32,000 bases of DNA, from contig JAPZAR010000031.1 in assembly GCA_027460535.1 (NCBI GenBank), positions 90,001-122,000 on the forward strand, given 5' to 3'. The stretch's first letter is position 1, and the number at the start of each line of letters is the position of its first letter. The notes beneath the pieces were generated by a model. That model was not told where the DNA came from, did no database searches, and worked only from the letters and a program-made list of their open reading frames with translations. This stretch comes from Candidatus Methanoperedens sp. GTDB lineage: Archaea > Halobacteriota > Methanosarcinia > Methanosarcinales > Methanoperedenaceae. Below, in pieces: positions 27,455-32,000 of the stretch. A program made the translations under genes and the position numbers.

Positions 27455-28480
27455 TCAATCTTCACCTGATTCATATGTTTCTAAAAGTAAAACCGAAACT
27501 CCCGGGCCGCCTTCATCATTCCATTGCCCTTCGTGTCTATTCGGTGGAAGGTCATTATTTGAAAAAGAAAAATCAACCAACTCCTGCAGGAAAGATCGTC
27601 TTGATGGTCGTATGCTAGGAGGCGTTGCATAGAAACACCCATCTATTTCAGATGGCGAAGCTCCTGTAGTTCTAGGTTGTTTTCCGTATTTAGAATTAGC
27701 TCTTCGAAATGCTTTTTCAGCGGAGCTTTTTAAAATGTCCCAAACGACTCTTGACCATCCATTTTCCTTAATAGCTGTTTTGCTATCATCAAATGGATCA
27801 CCGGAAAGGAGTTCCAATGAATGAACAATTTCCAATCCGAGGTCACAATGATCCATTATCGGATTGCTTGGAATGCAAGATCCGATAGGATAGGTGCATG
27901 GACTACCCAATATACCGGATTCCGGTCTTTCAGGAGGTCGGTCATCAATAAGTAGATATTGAGCGCCTCTACGTGGAGCTGAGGGCTTAACGTGTCTTGT
28001 TTGACCATTTAATGAGCCAGAAGTGACATAGGTAAATGCAGGCCACGTTGAATAAAGTTTTAATTGGTCTTTGTCATTTCCACGAAGTTTATATGGCTGA
28101 ACCGCAGACTTTTTTGCCTGATATAAAATTGCATTTCTAATTACATTTCCGTCAATATCAGAATGGACATGACACCATAATAAATCGCCGAGTTCGCATG
28201 AGTTGCCTTTCATACCGCTAAAGTTGACTTTAGGTGTCTGATGACAATAAATTCCAGTAACAACAATCCGGATTCCGAGTGAATCAAAAACATTGCGCCA
28301 TTCATTTTCAATAATTTTTGTACCATTTAAAACCAAAGATGCAACGATATCTGGTTCTTCAGGCTCATTACCTCTGATTCTACAATTATTCCATGCTTCA
28401 ATCATGCTTACTGATATTGCATATCGAGCAGAAGTAACTAGATAAGGCTTAACCTTCATAACAGTAAGCAAAAATGACAT
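27455..28480 (-). CDS. Orphan 341-aa protein with a PD-(D/E)xK-like (Mrr-type D..QxK) motif
   Basis: Long uninterrupted ORF. SCELGDLLWCHVHSDIDGNVIRNAILYQAKK resembles the E / D.DG / QxK restriction-endonuclease-fold core. The rest, including the Pro/Ser/Arg-rich C-terminal third, is unrecognised. Confidence 0.6.
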   Translation of the reverse strand: MSFLLTVMKVKPYLVTSARYAISVSMIEAWNNCRIRGNEPEEPDIVASLVLNGTKIIENEWRNVFDSLGIRIVVTGIYCHQTPKVNFSGMKGNSCELGDLLWCHVHSDIDGNVIRNAILYQAKKSAVQPYKLRGNDKDQLKLYSTWPAFTYVTSGSLNGQTRHVKPSAPRRGAQYLLIDDRPPERPESGILGSPCTYPIGSCIPSNPIMDHCDLGLEIVHSLELLSGDPFDDSKTAIKENGWSRVVWDILKSSAEKAFRRANSKYGKQPRTTGASPSEIDGCFYATPPSIRPSRRSFLQELVDFSFSNNDLPPNRHEGQWNDEGGPGVSVLLLETYESGED

Positions 28481-28941
28481 GTTCCTTCATCTCTATTATT
28501 ATATGCTCTTGCGTTCGCTTTTTGCACATTACTCGTTCATATCCGAACTCGATTCGAATATAGGTTCTTTTGCCTGAATACCAATTCCTTACTCATCAAA
28601 TACCACCTCGCATTATATTTGTCTAAAGGATTTTTTATTCTGCTTAATTCTATATTACTCACATATGTATAAGAGTTCCTCATAATAGTGAATTTAAACC
28701 ATAATACTAATGGTGGCCTTAGTCATGCAAATGCATGGCTTATCAGTGCACAGTTAATTATTTCAGGTGCAGGAACAGTAAGACAAAAGCCTTTATAACA
28801 AAGATCGCACACATGGTCGAAAAGGAAGCCATCAACCCATCCCAGGTCCTTCATCACCATACATTCCTATCTCGCAGTGGATAGCTTTCAACCGAGTTCT
28901 TGACCAGCTTGCCGTACTTCTTCTACCTTCTCATCTCCATG

Positions 28942-29085
28942 GTGAACAGGGTCTTCAATCAAAATAATCCCATAGCCCTTCATATCCAGCAGCCCCATCA
29001 CCCTATTCCTCTCGCCAGCCATCTTGAATCTATAGCAGGACTGTCGCCCAACCGCAGGCGGATTCGGGCCGAACGGGCGGCGGGG
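28942..29085 (+). repeat. Copy A of the ~115-bp V-W-X repeat (decayed hsdS-3'-like segment)
   Basis: GTGAACAGGGTCTTCAATC ... CCCATCACCCTATTCCTCTCGCCAGCCATCTTGAATCTATAGCAGGACTGTCGCCCAACCGCAGGCGGATTCGGGCCGAACGGGCGGCGGGG. Matches copies at 30168, 31289, 31459 and 31573. Confidence 0.85.
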
Positions 29086-29108
29086 GTTTGATGTGGTTGC
29101 CCGGGGTG

Positions 29109-29147
29109 CATATCGGCACCAAGGGATTAATATTTTTTAAGTGATAC
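29109..29147 (+). promoter_or_regulatory. Promoter-like module P1 (diverged core + TATA-like box) upstream of the MNT gene
   Basis: CATATCGGCACC, AAGGGA, TTAATATTTTTT, AAGTGATA. Same layout as P2-P5. Confidence 0.5.
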
Positions 29148-29188
29148 ATGTCTTCGACCCTTCCTGCACCCCAATTCTTAAATATTAT

Positions 29189-29226
29189 TGTTCACATATA
29201 TGAACATATGTTCAAAAAAATGAACG
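29189..29226. promoter_or_regulatory. Tandem palindromic operator candidate: TGTTCA-N6-TGAACA twice
   Basis: TGTTCA (29189-29194) CATATA TGAACA (29201-29206) TA TGTTCA (29209-29214) AAAAAA TGAACG (29221-29226). Overlaps the candidate start codons 29208 and 29220. Confidence 0.5.
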
Positions 29227-29747
29227 TATTCTCAAAGCCCTCCATACAAATAATACAATATCTTGGCAGGAGATATCGAGATGGCTACTATGTCCGCGAG
29301 ATATCAAGAAATCTTGGTATCGGTCTGGGATCAGCGAGCCAGAGCCTGAGAACGCTCGAAGAAGCCGGACTCGTTTTAAAAGAGCACAAGGGCAGGCTGG
29401 TAATATACAGGGCGAACATGCAAAATTTCGTGCTCAGGGAGTTCAAGATACTTCTCACCCTTCTGGAAATATATCCGTTCATCTTGCCCTTAAAAAAAAT
29501 CTCTTCAAGGATCATCCTATTTGGAAGCTGTTCCGCAGGGGAGGACACAATAGACAGCGATATCGATATTTTCATTGAATCCGATAATAAAAGAGATGTT
29601 TCCATGCTTCATGACCGTTATTGGGAAGAGATCCCCAGGAAGATATCTCCCATTATTCTGGACGCCTCTGAATTCAGGAACCTGGAGGCTAAAGACAGAC
29701 CACTTTTCGAAAGGATTAACATTGGAAAAGTAATCCATGAAACATAA
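29208..29747 (+). CDS. wHTH + minimal nucleotidyltransferase (MNT) protein, antitoxin-type partner of HEPN
   Basis: The N-terminal wHTH (VREISRNLGIGLGSASQSLRTLEEAGLVLKEHKGRLVIY) is followed by the NTase motif ILFGSCSAGEDTIDSDIDIFI. The start is probably 29208 or 29220, because the track start at 29148 lies too close to the TATA-like box. Confidence 0.8.
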   Translation: MFKKMNVFSKPSIQIIQYLGRRYRDGYYVREISRNLGIGLGSASQSLRTLEEAGLVLKEHKGRLVIYRANMQNFVLREFKILLTLLEIYPFILPLKKISSRIILFGSCSAGEDTIDSDIDIFIESDNKRDVSMLHDRYWEEIPRKISPIILDASEFRNLEAKDRPLFERINIGKVIHET

Positions 29748-30172
29748 TGAGATATCAGTTTGAACAGTGCATTGACAAAGGTAAGATAGTAAAAATCGAA
29801 ATAGCCTCTGATCTAATATCTAAAGAGATCGATGAGGCAAAAAACGATCTTAATTCATGCGAGAGATCCATACAGGAAAGTAACTTCAAATGGGCGATAA
29901 TCCAGGCATATTATTCCATGTTTCACTCATTTAGAGCCCTTATTTTCAGCAAAGGCTATAGAGAAAAAAGCCACACTTGCATAAAATACGCAATAGAATC
30001 TCTTTTTGTGGACACAGGCGCTCTGGATAACCAGCTCTTACAGGACTTTAGCTATGCCATGAAGGTCCGGGAAGGAGCGGATTATGGAAGTGTATATGGT
30101 AAAGACTCTGCGCTGGAATTGCAGATCTCAGCAGGTAGAATATACGAAGTAGCTAAAAGGTTAATTTCATAG
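29747..30172 (+). CDS. HEPN-domain protein (toxin-type partner of MNT)
   Basis: 141 aa. WAIIQAYYSMFHSFRALIFSKGYREKSH ... AMKVREGADYG (HEPN R..(A)DY region). TAATG overlap with the MNT gene. Confidence 0.8.
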   Translation: MRYQFEQCIDKGKIVKIEIASDLISKEIDEAKNDLNSCERSIQESNFKWAIIQAYYSMFHSFRALIFSKGYREKSHTCIKYAIESLFVDTGALDNQLLQDFSYAMKVREGADYGSVYGKDSALELQISAGRIYEVAKRLIS

Positions 30173-30320
30173 CCCTTCATATCCAGTAGCCCCATCACCC
30201 CATCCCTCTCGCCAGCCATCTTGAATCTATAGCAGGACTGCCGCCCAATTGCACGCTCGAAGCCTGACCCGCGAGAGGTTGTGGAGGCGGTGGTGAGTGG
30301 GGTGCTTGAGGAAGAATCGC
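30168..30320 (+). repeat. Copy B of the W-X repeat fused to a shortened hsdS-3'-like tail
   Basis: CATAGCCCTTCATATCCAGTAGCCCCATCACCCCATCCCTCTCGCCAGCCATCTTGAATCTATAGCAGGACTGCCGCCCAA..., then GCGAGAGGTTGTGGAGGCGGTGGTGAG (compare 30861-30890). It begins inside the last codons of the HEPN gene. Confidence 0.8.
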
Positions 30321-30392
30321 ATAATGAGAATATCAAATGAAAATAAAGAAAACATATATACGATATTAGTAATCTATTAAAATTGCATTAAT

Positions 30393-30611
30393 ATGGTAAA
30401 AGCGATAGTGAATATAAACGAAAGAGCCAACAGGGTATTAAATATAGTAAAAGCAAAACATGGTTTGAAAACCAAATCTGAAGCTATTAATAAAGTGGTA
30501 AGTGAGTATGGAAAATCACTTCTTGAACCTGAACTGGATATTCTCAAAACTTGCAAAGAGAGATCCGAAAAAGATGCGGATGATCGAGAAAAAGATAAAA
30601 CAGATTTGTGA
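30393..30611 (+). CDS. Small antitoxin-like protein
   Basis: MVKAIVNINERANRVLNIVKAKHGLKTKSEAINKVVSEYGKSLLEPEL... From memory this N-terminus matches small archaeal antitoxin-like proteins (DUF2683-type, unverified). The last ~36 codons overlap the toxin gene out of frame. Confidence 0.55.
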   Translation: MVKAIVNINERANRVLNIVKAKHGLKTKSEAINKVVSEYGKSLLEPELDILKTCKERSEKDADDREKDKTDL

Positions 30612-30765
30612 AAAACCTCTGCATTTCAAACCCTTAAGAGCGCCGATGCAGCATTTGCGAAGAGTCCATATTGATAAAAGCTTTGTCTTAACCTATTCAG
30701 TCAATGAGAAAAATAAAGTTGTGGTAATAGAAGATTACGATCACCATGATAAAATCTATTTATAG
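30502..30765 (+). CDS. RelE/ParE-superfamily toxin
   Basis: ...FSKLAKRDPKKMRMIEKKIKQICEKPLHFKPLRAPMQHLRRVHIDKSFVLTYSVNEKNKVVVIEDYDHHDKIY. The start is uncertain (30502, 30508 or later). Confidence 0.7.
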   Translation: MSMENHFLNLNWIFSKLAKRDPKKMRMIEKKIKQICEKPLHFKPLRAPMQHLRRVHIDKSFVLTYSVNEKNKVVVIEDYDHHDKIYL

Positions 30766-30783
30766 TAATTTTTATTTTACAGC

Positions 30784-30930
30784 ACCGCATCGCCGCCAGA
30801 CCAGCTCGTGCCCCTCTGCGATAAGCTCGAAGCCGGACTCCTGCGCTCGCAGGCGGACAGCGAGAGGTTGATGGAGGCGGTTGGAGGATGCTGGCGGGGC
30901 TTCGGGAACATATCGGCGCAGGGAGTTTAA
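30784..30930 (+). pseudogene. 3'-terminal remnant of an hsdS of a different family from the intact one
   Basis: The frame reads ...ASPPDQLVPLCDKLEAGLLRSQADSERLMEAVGG..., the C-terminal conserved helix pattern (…L.ALCD.LEA.L…) of many HsdS proteins. No target-recognition domain lies upstream; the frame opens only at 30769. Confidence 0.5.
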
Positions 30931-30950
30931 TATTTTTGAAGTGATATAAG
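30899..30950 (+). promoter_or_regulatory. Promoter-like module P2
   Basis: GCTTCGGGAACATATCGGCGCA, GGGAGT, TTAATATTTTT, GAAGTGATA. No ORF follows it. Confidence 0.45.
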
Positions 30951-31003
30951 ATGTGATAGAACACGGAGCGCACTGATAACACAGAGTGGCATGGATTAAA
31001 ATT

Positions 31004-31038
31004 ATCCGTGCGTATCCGTTAAATCCGTGTCATCCGCG
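31004..31038. repeat. Phased ATCCG(Y)(K) heptamer array
   Basis: ATCCGTG (31004), ATCCGTT (31014), ATCCGTG (31023) and ATCCGCG (31032), with 9-10-nt phase. Similar in style to the ATCTGCG/CGCAGAT repeats at 8053-8120. Confidence 0.6.
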
Positions 31039-31210
31039 TTCCATTCTTCGAACCGCCTCCCCCCACAAAAAGAAGCAATAACCGTTTCCCCGCCCCCCAT
31101 CGCCGCCGCCTGCCCCGCGCCATCGCCAGCACTATCCCTCATCGGATAGCTCTCAACCGGAGTTCGCTGTTGATTCTGAGTAAACGCGCTGTCCCATAGG
31201 CCGTGAGGCT

Positions 31211-31260
31211 GCTTCGGGAACATATCGGCGCCGCGAGATTAATATTTAAAGAGAGATAAA
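31211..31260 (+). promoter_or_regulatory. Promoter-like module P3
   Basis: GCTTCGGGAACATATCGGCGCC, GCGAGA, TTAATATTTAAA, GAGAGATA. The core is identical to the inverted copy at 17197-17218. Confidence 0.45.
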
Positions 31261-31288
31261 TGTGCGGTGCGCAAAGGACGCGAAGCAT

Positions 31289-31407
31289 GCCCCATCACCT
31301 TATTCCTTTCGCCAGCCATCTTGAATCCATAGCAGTGCAGGACTGCCGCCCAACCGCAGGTGGATCCGAGCCGAATCTCGGTTTTGATGCGAGGTGGTTA
31401 CCTGGGG
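31289..31407 (+). repeat. Copy D of the W-X repeat (5'-truncated)
   Basis: GCCCCATCACCTTATTCCTTTCGCCAGCCATCTTGAATCCATAGCAGTGCAGGACTGCCGCCCAACCGCAGGTGGATCCGAGCCGAATCTCGG... Confidence 0.8.
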
Positions 31408-31450
31408 CCGTATCGGCGCCGGAATTGAATATTTTCTAAGTGATATATAT
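31408..31450 (+). promoter_or_regulatory. Promoter-like module P4 (diverged)
   Basis: CCGTATCGGCGCC, GGAA, TTGAATATTTT, CTAAGTGATA. Confidence 0.4.
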
Positions 31451-31458
31451 TTCTCCAA

Positions 31459-31710
31459 GTGAACAGGGTCTTCATTCAAACTAGGGTCATAGCCCTGCAT
31501 TTCCGGCAACCCCATCACCCTATTCCTCTTGCCCACCATCTTGAATCCATAGTAGGACTGTCGCCCAACCGCAGGGGTCTTCAATCAAAATTAGACCATA
31601 CCCCTTCATATCCACCAGCCTATCACCCCATCCCTCTCACCGGCCATCTTGAATCTATAGCAGGACTGTCGCCCAACCGCAGGCGGATTCGGGCCGAACG
31701 GGCGGCGGGG
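31459..31710 (+). repeat. Copies E and F of the V-W-X repeat, head-to-tail
   Basis: E spans 31459-31575 and F spans 31573-31710. The junction is ...CCCAACCGCAGG|GGTCTTCAATC, so the X end joins the V start at a shared CAGG. F ends with the same GCGGATTCGGGCCGAACGGGCGGCGGGG tail as copy A. Confidence 0.85.
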
Positions 31711-31858
31711 TACGCATACATCAGATGGTTGATCTTGCTGAGGGCGAAGGCGGATTATCAGGATGGAGAATGAGGGGAAGTTCTATCGGGATATTCTTAT
31801 CGCAAAGATGAATTATGCGAAGACGAAGAGGCTCATGGAGCAAGATAATGTTTATATT

Positions 31859-32000
31859 TTACCTTATGATCCCCAACTGAAAACACAATCTATCGATTAG
31901 TTCTTCCTGTAAGCTCAAATCCTCGATTTTACCTAAATCCCTGATAAGGCGCCTTTTGTCAAGAGTCCTTATTTGATAACATAGTGCAATGGACTCTTTC
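31859..32000 (-). CDS. MazF/PemK-family toxin, C-terminal 46 codons (5' part beyond the window end)
   Basis: The minus frame from 31999 reads KESIALCYQIRTLDKRRLIRDLGKIEDLSLQEELIDRLCFQLGIIR*, with the stop at 31859-31861. QIRT(I/L)DK.RL is the hallmark C-terminal motif of PemK/MazF/EndoA toxins. Confidence 0.65.
   Translation of the reverse strand, partial: KESIALCYQIRTLDKRRLIRDLGKIEDLSLQEELIDRLCFQLGIIR

Noticed and set aside
28537-28596. 19-aa minus-strand mini-ORF (MSKELVFRQKNLYSNRVRI) with a good GAGGTGG RBS, upstream of the 341-aa gene.
   Set aside because: It is too short to support from sequence alone. It could be a leader peptide, but there is no attenuator-like structure or conservation evidence. 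It is noted only in case Ribo-seq data exist.
28900-29091. Short ORFs running through the V-W-X repeats and P modules: 28900-29091, 30082-30336, 30701-30982, 31002-31223, 31300-31584 and 31459-31773.
   Set aside because: Each exists only because the repeat copies lack stops in one frame. Their peptides are repeat translations (…HHPIPLASHLESIAGLSPNRR…, …GRQSCYRFKMAGER…) on both strands. None has an RBS or independent coding evidence.
31289-31710. Possible CRISPR array, considered because of closely spaced repeated units.
   Set aside because: The units are ~115 bp. Copies E and F abut directly, and the D-E gap is filled only by module P4 rather than a unique spacer. The copies are imperfect (decayed) rather than near-identical, and no cas genes are present in the window.
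28942-31710. Integron-like cassette array with attC sites, suggested by TA cassettes separated by a conserved repeat.
   Set aside because: I could not find the imperfect internal dyad (R''-L''/L'-R') expected of attC in the repeat, and no integrase or attI lies in the window. The repeat aligns better with an hsdS 3' coding remnant. A formal attC covariance-model scan would be needed to exclude this fully.
23816-31710. Phase-variable hsdS shufflon, with silent hsdS' segments in inverse orientation to the expressed hsdS.
   Set aside because: The remnants carry no target-recognition domains. Their conserved-region sequence differs from both conserved regions of the intact hsdS. No tyrosine or serine recombinase gene is present in the window.
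31763-31900. 45-aa ORF, MENEGKFYRDILIAKMNYAKTKRLMEQDNVYILPYDPQLKTQSID.
   Set aside because: It is short and has no RBS. It overlaps the 3' end of the recognisable MazF/PemK-like gene convergently by 42 nt, and I recognise no family for it.

Overview
This looks like an archaeal chromosomal window. TATA-like promoter boxes, nifI1/nifI2 and a Methanosarcinales-type S-layer domain suggest a Methanosarcinales-like organism, but that is inference only. All family calls come from reading motifs in the supplied translations; no searches were run.

- **1-3.6 kb:** a 2-hydroxyacyl-CoA-dehydratase-type subunit (partial) with its BcrA/HgdC-type ATPase, an S-layer-type surface protein and a TusA-like protein.
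- **4.7-12.8 kb (nitrogen block):** amtB-glnK on the minus strand, divergent from nifH-nifI1-nifI2-nifD-nifK. These are followed by a 2x[4Fe-4S]-type ferredoxin, a CBS/PNPOx-like protein and a class I amidotransferase. No nifE/nifN is present in the window.
- **12.9-16.7 kb:** a TauE/SafE exporter, VOC and SRPBCC proteins, a small wHTH protein, an Lrp/AsnC-TRASH regulator, a second TusA-like protein and a SAM methyltransferase.
- **17.2-32 kb (defence/addiction island, visibly A+T-richer):** a minus-strand type I R-M operon (hsdM-hsdS ... hsdR) carrying three insertions:
  - a 4-TM protein plus a 273-aa soluble protein, with Kiwa-like architecture (family unverified);
  - a 5' remnant of a second, divergent hsdR;
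  - a rhuM-family gene overlapping the start of the intact hsdR.
- **Rest of the island:** an HNH endonuclease, an orphan 341-aa protein with an Mrr-like D..QxK motif, an MNT/HEPN pair, an overlapping antitoxin/RelE-like pair and the 3' end of a MazF/PemK-like toxin.
- **Repeats in the island:** the toxin-antitoxin cassettes are separated by at least five decayed copies of a ~115-bp segment related to the 3' conserved region of a different hsdS. A 22-nt core plus TATA-like box module also recurs there, and occurs once, inverted, at the left island edge (17.2 kb).

Most worth a second look are the TM + 273-aa cassette inside the R-M operon, the orphan 341-aa/HNH neighbourhood, and the repeat and promoter-module architecture of the cassette array.
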